IMG/VR virus record: IMGVR_UViG_3300011339_000610
Reading direction: 5' to 3' (one strand)
DNA length: 20,000 bases
Source of the DNA: an uncultured virus (IMG/VR IMGVR_UViG_3300011339_000610)
Lineage: Duplodnaviria > Heunggongvirae > Uroviricota > Caudoviricetes
Under the pieces are notes generated by a model. The model ran no database searches. It worked only from the letters and a program-made list of their open reading frames with translations, and was not told where the DNA came from. Positions 1 through 7,785 of the stretch are shown here, one piece after another; position 1 is the first letter of the stretch, and each line of letters starts with the position of its first letter. Both the position numbers and the translations under genes were made by a program.

Positions 1-989
1 TTTAACGAGCCGCCTGTAGCTATTTGTCTATCAACGACTACAAGTGCTTTGTTGTTAAATATCTGTAAGTTAGTCTGTACATCTACGTTATTAAGATTGT
101 ACGTGCCTAGCTTGTTTAAGTAAACGCCATCATTGCTGCCAACGCTTCCCCAATAGTATCTAAATACGGATAATGTTAAGTCATTATTACAATAAAATAC
201 TTTTGGTTTGTTAGTGTTGTCTACCCAATACACGCCTATTGTATCATTACCTAATACCTCGGCACGCATATCAATCACTTCATCAGTAGGTAAGTTTAAT
301 TTTGAGCTACCTAATAATTTTGTGTATGTCCACGCACCATTGATATCTCTTACAGCACATCCTATCTCACAATAGAATTGGTCAATAGCCTTGCTTAATA
401 CAAACTGCTTATCTCCAACCAATGCACTTGACAATGGCTGCATCTCTGCGGTGTATCCTATCGGCTCTTGCAAAAGTATAGTTGGCTGTAAAACCCAGTC
501 TAGTGTGCCTGATGGTCTTGTTTCAACCGTAATATTATAACTCGCATAGTTATTGATGTCTAATCTAAACGCACCGTTTGCAAATGCACCCGCTTCATAC
601 GGAGCACTCGTGAATGGTGTTACACTTGAAATCGTAGGCACTGATTCAAAGGCTGCTTTTAAATCAATACCAAAAGTATAAAGCCCAAGCGGTGTTACTG
701 GTACATTTAAAATTGCAAACTGATAATATACGAGACCTGATACCGTTACTTGGTAGTCAGTTGTTGCTGTTGTTATAAATGGGAATCTATACCAGCTATA
801 TTGCGGGGTGATATTAGGAATAGTATAACCTAACTTTGTACCTTTCATCCTACGAATACCACCTAACGTATTTGTGTCATCAACAAAATGCTCTATGTCG
901 TTGCCATCAATATATCTTTCTGACTTAACTGAACGTAAATCATTGTCACTATCTAGTCCTCTAAATACAAAGTTTTGATTATCCTGCAT
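1..989 (-). CDS. Muzzle / tail-stabilisation protein (crAss-like), N-terminal ~329 aa, runs off the left edge
   Basis: Not in the ORF track. Manual translation from ATG at 989 is open to position 1: MQDNQNFVFRGLDSDNDLRSVKSERYIDGNDIEHF...KLNLPTDEVID...GVYWVDNTNKPKVF...QIATGGSL. The F.G..SD, YW.D..N.P and GGSL motifs, and the position directly after ring-protein genes, match my recollection of crAss-like muzzle proteins. Confidence 0.72.
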   Translation of the reverse strand, partial: MQDNQNFVFRGLDSDNDLRSVKSERYIDGNDIEHFVDDTNTLGGIRRMKGTKLGYTIPNITPQYSWYRFPFITTATTDYQVTVSGLVYYQFAILNVPVTPLGLYTFGIDLKAAFESVPTISSVTPFTSAPYEAGAFANGAFRLDINNYASYNITVETRPSGTLDWVLQPTILLQEPIGYTAEMQPLSSALVGDKQFVLSKAIDQFYCEIGCAVRDINGAWTYTKLLGSSKLNLPTDEVIDMRAEVLGNDTIGVYWVDNTNKPKVFYCNNDLTLSVFRYYWGSVGSNDGVYLNKLGTYNLNNVDVQTNLQIFNNKALVVVDRQIATGGSL

Positions 990-993
990 ATCC

Positions 994-1668
994 TTAAATT
1001 ATTGCGTTCATTCTCCAAGTGTTCAACCTTGTTTCAAGGCTGCTTGGTAAGTTCTGAATACCTTTAACTGCTTTCTTGTTTAATTTATATTCCATCTCCC
1101 ATGCACTTCTGATGTCAGCTGGCATTCTCTCAGGGTATACCTGACCGTACTTCCAACATGCATAAGCTACTAATACGCTATCCATTAATTCAGGGATAAC
1201 TATTTCTCCATCTTCATCTACATTCGTTCCTAGGTAGCTTATAATGGCCCTTAGTGATGATATGTCACTTGAGAAATATAAGTACTTGCCGACTTGCGTT
1301 ACAGTCCCGTATCTTACAAATGGGCCGTATGTAGCTATATCGGGGTCGTAGCTAAAGAATGTGTTGTCTATAAACTGAGGAACAATCCAAGTACCTTGGT
1401 TGTTATTGTCAATTAAACGTATTGGATTTATCTTATCGAACTTTACAAAGTCACATGGTAACAGTGCCACCAAGTTTTCTATTTCAATATAAGTTTCCTT
1501 CCTTATAAACAAAGAAGGTACACGGCTTTTCTTCAAGCCTTCTACAATTACATCTTTTAGTAACAAGTCCTCGCTTGTTGTATCTCGCAACCTTAAACGC
1601 ATCTTAGCTCCTGCTAATATCGAATCTAATGTGGTTGTTTCAAAACTTCCTATGCCTGAGTCTATCAT
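994..1668 (-). CDS. Tail ring (head-tail adaptor) protein, crAss-like, 224 aa
   Basis: Motifs IEIENLVALLPCDFVK and DEDGEIVIPE...VLVAYACWKY resemble the crAss-like ring protein encoded just before the muzzle. Its start overlaps the upstream stop (ATGA at 1665-1668). Confidence 0.65.
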   Translation of the reverse strand: MIDSGIGSFETTTLDSILAGAKMRLRLRDTTSEDLLLKDVIVEGLKKSRVPSLFIRKETYIEIENLVALLPCDFVKFDKINPIRLIDNNNQGTWIVPQFIDNTFFSYDPDIATYGPFVRYGTVTQVGKYLYFSSDISSLRAIISYLGTNVDEDGEIVIPELMDSVLVAYACWKYGQVYPERMPADIRSAWEMEYKLNKKAVKGIQNLPSSLETRLNTWRMNAII

Positions 1669-2333
1669 TTAGTATTTGCCTTAATAGGGTTAACGCTTAA
1701 TGTATCAGCACCGTCTGCCACAGTATCTTGTGCTAATCCCATTTCCATTCTTGCTCTTTGTATAAACAAATCTTTCATTATTGCAATCGTAGATTCGTCT
1801 ATAGGATACTCGCTAGTATACCAATTGAATCCTGGGATATCCATTGGGTTTGTGAATATCCCTTGTATTTGAAAGCCTTTTAATATCTTGTTACCGTATA
1901 TCTCTAGTTTATTGCCTGTGTATATGTAAACTATTTCTTTGCCTCTTAAGAATCCACGCTGCTTTAAATAAGCTACCTCTGTTTTAGTGAATGCTCTTTT
2001 AAAGGTTATTGCCTCCTGTGCATTACCAACATATACAAGCCCATCAGTCTTGTCGTTAATTCTTACTGTGCTTGGAACGTCTATTACAAGGTACTCTGCA
2101 TTCTTGTCCTGCTCACTTGGCGTGATTGTAAACTCCATTGTTTGCAACCATTGGCCACTAATTGTTTTGTTGGCAGCCTGTGTTCTACTACCGTTATACG
2201 AGAGTATGATAGCCTCTGCCCTTAACTGCGGCAGTAGCTCCTCTACGTATTCACTGTCCCACTTACCATTAGAGGTATTGGTAGCTGCGTTTACGCTTCG
2301 TATAAGTTCATCTATAATGTAAGATGTTATCAT
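1665..2333 (-). CDS. Tail ring protein, crAss-like, 222 aa
   Basis: N-terminal helical segment (IIDELIRSV...EYVEELLPQLRAEAI) and C-terminal GIFTNP...EYPIDES...DTVADGAD pattern resemble crAss-like tail tubular ring proteins. Gene order agrees. Confidence 0.62.
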   Translation of the reverse strand: MITSYIIDELIRSVNAATNTSNGKWDSEYVEELLPQLRAEAIILSYNGSRTQAANKTISGQWLQTMEFTITPSEQDKNAEYLVIDVPSTVRINDKTDGLVYVGNAQEAITFKRAFTKTEVAYLKQRGFLRGKEIVYIYTGNKLEIYGNKILKGFQIQGIFTNPMDIPGFNWYTSEYPIDESTIAIMKDLFIQRARMEMGLAQDTVADGADTLSVNPIKANTK

Positions 2334-2334
2334 T

Positions 2335-2580
2335 TTATAATGCGTTTAATATTGGTTGTACGACTTCAAATTCGGTTGGCTTTCCTAGCACTACCTCCAA
2401 TGAGTCGTTAAAAGTAATATACCAAAACTGTGGTGTATCCAATTCTGCTACTTGATAATTAACCCAATTCTGAGTTACATCATCAGGTGATACTGGAATA
2501 CCATAATAAGTGTCTACACTTTCTCTTGCATTTATTGCGTCTTGTTCTGTCGTAAATTTATATCCGTTAATAGATGGCAT
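2335..2580 (-). CDS. Hypothetical 81-aa acidic protein, possible partner or chaperone of the upstream adhesin
   Basis: Overlaps the upstream ORF end by 14 nt and ends 1 nt before the next ATG. Composition is protein-like. Function inferred from position only. Confidence 0.6.
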   Translation of the reverse strand: MPSINGYKFTTEQDAINARESVDTYYGIPVSPDDVTQNWVNYQVAELDTPQFWYITFNDSLEVVLGKPTEFEVVQPILNAL

Positions 2581-3967
2581 AGTATGTATTTATATTTGTT
2601 GAAATTCCTGTTCTATTAGCTGTTTGATTAGAGTAGTAAATCACTATTTCTTGTACTGTACCATCCAAATACCCTGTGCCTGAAGATGTTGAAGTCTGTG
2701 CTCCAATACTTGTTTTTGTTACATTCAAGTTTAAAGCCCCTGCTGCAGTTACTTCTGCGTTATTATTTACTTTGTTAGCTACTTGTGTGCCTGAGTGTAT
2801 TGAAGAAACTAATGTTTGTGTTGCATAAGTAATTGCTGTATTTGCAACTCCTCCTGACGTAAACGAACAAACTTCTTGCAATAATGCATTTCTAATTATT
2901 GGGATATAAGCACCAGCATCATAGTCATTGCCGTTTCCGCCTTGGCTTAACACCCTACCGTAATTATACGATGCATTATTCATAGCAAAAACACCAAAGT
3001 TAGATTCAGTGGTAAGCGTTTGACTCCATACTCCTTCTAGCCCTGCAAGTGACCCTGATGCAAATTGGATGCTTGGCTTGCCGTTTTGCAATAGCACACT
3101 GCCTGCACTTACAATCTGTGGTTGATTACCCGCTGTTGATTGAAGCGAGTTCCTTGTGTTTCCTGATTGGTCATACCATGTAGTAACAAAGGCATTACCC
3201 GCACCCGCAAATGTTGTAAGAGCTGATGTATCTAAGTTACCACTTGTCGTAAACCCAATGTTTAGTTCTGCATTGTCACTTGACCTACGTACACGAATAG
3301 CTGAACTGCCATAGTAAGCACCTCTTAATAAACGTGTAGAGTATGCAGCAGCTGCACTTGGATACGCATCTAACATTGTAGAAAGTATTGCCAAGGTGTT
3401 ACTACTAGCACTTGCACTTCCTGCATCATTTACAGCCGTAACCTGACAAGTAATGTTTTGTCCTGCGTCAGCTGTTACTAAAGTGTAAGTTGAGGCGTTA
3501 GTTCCTATGTTTGTAACCCCACGCTTCCATTGGTAGCTGTATGTTATTGGCAAAGTTCCTGACCAAGTACCCGTGGTAGATGTAAGCACTTGGCCAACTA
3601 TTGCTACGCCACTTATTGCAGGAGCTAATGTGTTTGTTGGAACAACTGGTATAGGTTCTATATAATCTAAAGTTGATTTATATGCTATTAAATTTCCACT
3701 TGCTAATGTAATCTTTTTCAAGTTACACTTAAACTCATCACCATCTTTAATCGTAAGGTTTGTTAATGTTATGTTTCCATCTATGCCTGTAGCTGTAGCT
3801 ATAACAGCATCACCATTCATGGCTTTTACGCAATAATATATAGACCCCCTCGAAGCTGTCTTCTGATTGGTATCAGCTATAATATCAGGCACTTGTTCGT
3901 ACCCTAAATTCAGCTGAACCGATTTTAGTAAAGTCCTTATTTGCGCTTCTAAATTGAAATCTGCCAT
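2567..3967 (-). CDS. Multidomain virion adhesin: ~97-aa N-terminal beta domain, Ig-like domain, ConA/LamG-like (arabinofuranosidase-B-like) domain, 466 aa
   Basis: Ig-like signature PTNTLAPAISG..VGQVLT..TGTW..YSYQWKR..TYTLVTADAGQNITCQVTAVNDAGS (aa ~110-195). C-terminal AAAYSTRLLR..AIRVRRSSDNAELNIGF..VTTWYDQSGN..GTVQEIVIY is typical of ConA-like phage fibre domains. It has its own promoter at 3987-3994. Confidence 0.72.
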   Translation of the reverse strand: MADFNLEAQIRTLLKSVQLNLGYEQVPDIIADTNQKTASRGSIYYCVKAMNGDAVIATATGIDGNITLTNLTIKDGDEFKCNLKKITLASGNLIAYKSTLDYIEPIPVVPTNTLAPAISGVAIVGQVLTSTTGTWSGTLPITYSYQWKRGVTNIGTNASTYTLVTADAGQNITCQVTAVNDAGSASASSNTLAILSTMLDAYPSAAAAYSTRLLRGAYYGSSAIRVRRSSDNAELNIGFTTSGNLDTSALTTFAGAGNAFVTTWYDQSGNTRNSLQSTAGNQPQIVSAGSVLLQNGKPSIQFASGSLAGLEGVWSQTLTTESNFGVFAMNNASYNYGRVLSQGGNGNDYDAGAYIPIIRNALLQEVCSFTSGGVANTAITYATQTLVSSIHSGTQVANKVNNNAEVTAAGALNLNVTKTSIGAQTSTSSGTGYLDGTVQEIVIYYSNQTANRTGISTNINTYYAIY

Positions 3968-3986
3968 ATGTCAATATCTTTTACTA

Positions 3987-3994
3987 CAAATATA
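3987..3994 (-). promoter_or_regulatory. Bacteroidota sigma-A -7 promoter element TATATTTG
   Basis: CAAATATA on + strand, intergenic, 19 nt upstream of the ATG at 3967. Matches TAnnTTTG. Confidence 0.75.
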
Positions 3995-4028
3995 ACTATT
4001 TAGAACGATTTTAAATTACAATTTTTAC

Positions 4029-4060
4029 TTGCTTTTGTGGAATCAATCGTATTACATTTG
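4029..4060 (+). promoter_or_regulatory. Bacteroidota-type promoter TTG-N21-TACATTTG for the antisense 99-aa gene
   Basis: TACATTTG at 4053-4060, TTG at 4029-4031. AT-rich leader to ATG at 4085. Confidence 0.62.
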
Positions 4061-4084
4061 TTTTCATAAATACAAATTTATTTT

Positions 4085-4384
4085 ATGAAAAGTTTAAACG
4101 ATATTATAACACAAGCATATACAGGCATTAAACAAGAACTGTATTGTGTAGATAAACTTATTGGAAGTACTCATGAAAACATGGAGGCAGCTATATTAAA
4201 AATAGTAAAGGCCGCTATATTAGAAACAGCGAGTAGCAATTACAACATGGAATTGTTATGTGCCTATGCAAAAGAAAAGTTGCAGCAAGACCTTGATGAT
4301 AGTGTTAACGAAACAGCTGCGCTTGAAATAATTAAATTAACTGAAAAAATTGGCTTTACGGACTTGGCCGAAAAGATGTACTAG
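4085..4384 (+). CDS. Hypothetical 99-aa acidic, predicted helical protein in antisense orientation
   Basis: Fills an otherwise empty gap, has its own promoter and AT-rich leader, and ends in a CTAG shared with the convergent gene. No recognisable family. Confidence 0.7.
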   Translation: MKSLNDIITQAYTGIKQELYCVDKLIGSTHENMEAAILKIVKAAILETASSNYNMELLCAYAKEKLQQDLDDSVNETAALEIIKLTEKIGFTDLAEKMY

Positions 4385-5001
4385 ACTTCGTTTTGTCTTA
4401 GCTCTGCTTCGCTCATGTTGTAGTAACCATCTTCTCTTGTCATCTGTGCGGCAAGATTCAGTGCGTTGTTGATTATACCTTGCACGTTTTTATCTGTGAA
4501 TGGTAAATTTTGCGTTACTGAAGTTACATCTATTGGGAATGTCTCCCTGAAGTATAATCCTTTTGCTTCTAAGCAAGTTTCTGTTGTAGGATACAACCTA
4601 ATGTCATTGTTGGTATAATCGTACTTAGGATAGCGGATGTTACCCTTTAATGGGCTTATCTTCTCTTCGTCTCTTAATTGTCTTGAATACTCGTAATAAG
4701 TTACACCACCTTTTACAAACTTACACGCCATTGCTATTAATCGCTCAAAGTTAGGCATCATTGTGCTAGTTTGAGATACATCTAACGCATTGCTCACTGG
4801 CGTTGCTGTGAAGTTTATAATGTAAGTTGTAGCTTCATTCTCTACTGCTAGGTTCAAGCCATACCCATCCATTATATTGTAAAGGTATTGTGTTTGAGCC
4901 TTCTCAAATATATAGTTTAGCTTTGTGTTGCTGAACGTCCCTGATTGTAGGGTATCCCAAAAGGTGAAGAATCTATCCTTTATTTCTATTCCGCTATACA
5001 T
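4381..5001 (-). CDS. Tail ring protein, crAss-like, 206 aa
   Basis: N-terminus EIKDRFFTFWDTLQSGTFSNTKLNYIFEKAQTQYL fits the F...D...S.F...E...F...AQ pattern of crAss-like ring proteins. C-terminal LPF....QGIINNALNLA helix also fits. Confidence 0.6.
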   Translation of the reverse strand: MYSGIEIKDRFFTFWDTLQSGTFSNTKLNYIFEKAQTQYLYNIMDGYGLNLAVENEATTYIINFTATPVSNALDVSQTSTMMPNFERLIAMACKFVKGGVTYYEYSRQLRDEEKISPLKGNIRYPKYDYTNNDIRLYPTTETCLEAKGLYFRETFPIDVTSVTQNLPFTDKNVQGIINNALNLAAQMTREDGYYNMSEAELRQNEV

Positions 5002-5851
5002 ATAAGTTCGAGTAGTTAGTGTTAATAATGTCTAATGTATTTTGCATAGCTGTTAAGTCTACACTAATACCTTTTTCAAAGTTGATGATATTTGAATGCA
5101 ATAATGCATGCACTTGCACAAAGTTTGATTGTAAACTTGTTCCGCATTGGCCTACTGATATTGCACTGATGTACTTCTCATATACTTGGTAAGCATACTT
5201 GTAAGTCATAAAGTAAAAGGTTGTGCTACCGTATAATTTTACAACTTGATTTGTACCTACTAAATTTTCAAAAAATGAAGCTCCAAACAACGTAAATACT
5301 TCTCCAGGATTATAAATCATTCCTGTATCATCAATAACTATTTTGCCATTACCGACTACAATATAAGTACTAGCACCAAGAGTGTCACCTTGCAAGTACT
5401 CTGTGGTATACACATCATATTCACATGTAAAGATATTGTCAGGGAAGTACAAGTTATCAGGTATACCTGTTTGACTAGGTACAAATTGCTCATAACCTTC
5501 TGTTGCAGGGTCGTAGCTTGTTACAGGGCTATAGTATCCTGTTTCGTTTATCTGAATGGTTGCAGGAGGAGTAACGCTTACATCCACACGGAATATAAAC
5601 GTATCTCCCGCATTGAATATCTTTCCGTCAATAGTTATTGTGCCTGTACCCACAAATTCATACTCGTAGTTCGCCTTTAACGAAGTTACATTAGTTTGTA
5701 TGTTTGCTCTTGCACTTACACTCGAAAATACAAATCGTGTTGCATTCACGTCTGTTACTTCGGGATTTGGCGTGCCATAATTAGAAGCATCTGTCACACG
5801 TAGTGTGGCTAAATCATCTATATTATAACTAACTATTGCTTCTATGTCCAT
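4994..5851 (-). CDS. Putative tail hub / fibre-docking structural protein, 285 aa, paralogue of 18469..19380
   Basis: Beta-rich N-terminal region and helical C-terminus with Cys. Collinear motif matches to 18469..19380. Lies between fibre and ring genes. The hub role is inference. Confidence 0.5.
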   Translation of the reverse strand: MDIEAIVSYNIDDLATLRVTDASNYGTPNPEVTDVNATRFVFSSVSARANIQTNVTSLKANYEYEFVGTGTITIDGKIFNAGDTFIFRVDVSVTPPATIQINETGYYSPVTSYDPATEGYEQFVPSQTGIPDNLYFPDNIFTCEYDVYTTEYLQGDTLGASTYIVVGNGKIVIDDTGMIYNPGEVFTLFGASFFENLVGTNQVVKLYGSTTFYFMTYKYAYQVYEKYISAISVGQCGTSLQSNFVQVHALLHSNIINFEKGISVDLTAMQNTLDIINTNYSNLYV

Positions 5852-6042
5852 TATTCAGTTTCTTTTTCTAGATTTGGAGATTCTTTTTCTTGCAATGATT
5901 TGTGTATCTCTGCAATTTGCGTGTTAACCTCGGTTAGACTCTTCTTGTAATTTTCCGATACTGCTATTGCTGTTTCGTAACTTGCAATTAAATCATAAGC
6001 CTTTGCTTTTAGTTCCTGTAATTCTTGCTCTTTATTTTTCAT
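5851..6042 (-). CDS. Small coiled-coil protein, 63 aa
   Basis: Heptad-like E/K/L-rich sequence (ELQELKAKAYDLIA...LTEVNTQIAEIHK). TAATG coupling with the next gene at 5851. Confidence 0.7.
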   Translation of the reverse strand: MKNKEQELQELKAKAYDLIASYETAIAVSENYKKSLTEVNTQIAEIHKSLQEKESPNLEKETE

Positions 6043-6052
6043 ATTTATAAAA

Positions 6053-7411
6053 TTAAATTCCTGTTATAAACCATGCTCCCACTCCACCATTTGCTGCTGC
6101 CGAATATTTCACAATTATACTTGCTGCTCCTGCTGCTCCACCTGTTAATACAATAGGTATATTAACACCCGCATTGTGCCCAAATATTACTTTGCTAGAT
6201 GTAAGTGTTAATGTTTTTGCTTCTTCAGAAAGAATTGATATTTCCTGACCATCCATAGGAGCTGTAGGCAAAGCGACACTCATTGTATTATCAGAAGCTG
6301 GCCCTAATATTACACCATATTGATTATTTGAAGGGAAAGTATATACAAGCCCCGCCACATTCCAATACACAAATCCACCTAATGCAAATCCTTTTCTGAA
6401 CTGCACATTCCCATCTGCATAAAAAGTCTGTCCAATAGTAGCTGAATGAAAGTCTAATTTTGTATTGTTTGAGAATATAAATCCGTTATTCCTTATATTC
6501 ACATAGTTGCCACTTACACCTTCTGCTCTTAAGTTTGCACCAAATCCTACTGCGGAATTGTATACCCTTAAAACAGTATCTGCCGAACCACCTGCGTATT
6601 GTTGAATATCTACATCATAAGCAGGAATATTTGTATTTACGCCTATTCTAGCTCCTGTATCAAATATGATGCTATTAGTAATTGTGTCTGAAGAAAACAG
6701 AGAGAACTTAGTTACATAGTTACCAACTCCGCCTGCTTGTGTTATAACACCTGAAGTTTTAATTTCAATTGAGCCTGAAGTATTAACAATACTTATACCA
6801 GCACCAGCTGTTAGAAGATTCTTAGTCCAAGATGTTCCATTGCCTATTAATAATTGGCCATTTGCAGGGGCAGCTGAAATGCCTGTACCGCCTTTGTTAG
6901 CAGTTAATACTCCGCCTAAATCACTTAAATTTATATTTGCAAAGTCTAATGCAAATGATATAAGTCCAGAACTTTGTGAAACAGTCAATCCTATACTTCC
7001 CATTATCCTTCTGCCTTCGTAGCCTGTACCATTACTAGCAAGGACATAGTTATTATTAACTAAAGATGTTAATCCTAATCCTCCTTTTGCAATAGGGATT
7101 ACAGGCAAATCTCCAGATACTAAACTCCTGAATGTAGGAGTACCCGCTGAACCATTAGGACTTGCAAAAAATCTATTAGCAGCCTGAGAAGTAAACGTAG
7201 CTGTTAAACTACCTGATGCGGTTACGGGACTATTTGTTACCGTAAATATATTAGGCAAGGTTAATCCTACACTTGTTACAGTGCCAGAACTTGAGCCTGC
7301 TATAGCTATTTCTAATGCATCTATTGCGGCTTTTAAACGCTTGAAGTTCTCGTCTTCTTGTGCGTATGTTAATGCTACTCCTTGTCCTAATCTTAAATTT
7401 AATTCTTGCAT
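6053..7411 (-). CDS. Tail fibre protein, 452 aa
   Basis: N-terminal LR..G..LT...ED.NF anchor-like motif. Contains the GTVTSVGL..FTVTNSPVT.SG.L..PTFRSLV..DLP block, GGLG/GGTG repeats and NGQLLIGNG. Gly/Ser/Thr-rich, with a C-terminal LP..P.DGQ.I.I...W tip domain. Confidence 0.8.
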   Translation of the reverse strand: MQELNLRLGQGVALTYAQEDENFKRLKAAIDALEIAIAGSSSGTVTSVGLTLPNIFTVTNSPVTASGSLTATFTSQAANRFFASPNGSAGTPTFRSLVSGDLPVIPIAKGGLGLTSLVNNNYVLASNGTGYEGRRIMGSIGLTVSQSSGLISFALDFANINLSDLGGVLTANKGGTGISAAPANGQLLIGNGTSWTKNLLTAGAGISIVNTSGSIEIKTSGVITQAGGVGNYVTKFSLFSSDTITNSIIFDTGARIGVNTNIPAYDVDIQQYAGGSADTVLRVYNSAVGFGANLRAEGVSGNYVNIRNNGFIFSNNTKLDFHSATIGQTFYADGNVQFRKGFALGGFVYWNVAGLVYTFPSNNQYGVILGPASDNTMSVALPTAPMDGQEISILSEEAKTLTLTSSKVIFGHNAGVNIPIVLTGGAAGAASIIVKYSAAANGGVGAWFITGI

Positions 7412-7412
7412 C

Positions 7413-7721
7413 TTATTGCGGGTTTGACTTTGTATATCCTGTTTCTACGTAGCCATCTTCAACATATCTTTCCATTGTATCAACACTTTCCGTAGTACCT
7501 TGTAAAGCCTCCACAAATAAGTTGTTTTGAACCAAGTCTGACCCAATAAACTCTATTGCTTTGATGTAATAGTTTGGTGTTGCATTTGCGTCCATAACTT
7601 TGTTGTAATAAGCTTGTGCTGCTTGAATTTGTAATTCAGCTGCTATAGTTTGTGTGCTTTGGTATAAATAAGCCTTGGCATCTACTACAATCTCACTTAT
7701 TTGAGCCTTAGTCTTGAACAT
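7413..7721 (-). CDS. Hypothetical 102-aa virion-associated protein (start revised to MFKTKAQ at 7721)
   Basis: The track's start at 7736 is a TTG that runs through the promoter element, so ATG 7721 is preferred. Ends in YVEDGYVETGY. Stop is 1 nt before the fibre ATG. Confidence 0.65.
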   Translation of the reverse strand: MFKTKAQISEIVVDAKAYLYQSTQTIAAELQIQAAQAYYNKVMDANATPNYYIKAIEFIGSDLVQNNLFVEALQGTTESVDTMERYVEDGYVETGYTKSNPQ

Positions 7722-7725
7722 AGCA

Positions 7726-7733
7726 CAAATATA
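7726..7733 (-). promoter_or_regulatory. Bacteroidota -7 element TATATTTG, 4 nt before ATG (probable leaderless start)
   Basis: CAAATATA at 7726-7733, ATG at 7721, directly downstream of a terminator hairpin. Confidence 0.72.
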
Positions 7734-7750
7734 CAACTTTTAATAGAAAT

Positions 7751-7784
7751 AAAAAAAGCCACCTTTTACAGTGGCTTTTCTTTT
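7751..7784. terminator. Intrinsic terminator, potentially bidirectional
   Basis: AAAAGCCAC-CTTTTACA-GTGGCTTTT stem-loop with A7 on the left and T-rich tract on the right, right after the stop at 7786. Confidence 0.8.
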
Positions 7785-7785
7785 A

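Noticed and set aside
3660..3700. Programmed frameshift or read-through giving short and long forms of the Ig-ConA protein
   Set aside because: The frame is continuous across the domain junction, with no convincing slippery heptamer plus downstream structure.
7358..7368. TTGTGCGTATG, similar to a half-site of the candidate RHH operator (also CATACGCA near 12698)
   Set aside because: Single half-sites inside coding sequence with no dyad partner, expected by chance.
2567..7411. Diversity-generating retroelement or invertible fibre cassette
   Set aside because: No reverse transcriptase or recombinase in the window, and I saw no ~100-bp near-duplicate or inverted crossover repeats. A template repeat outside the window cannot be excluded.
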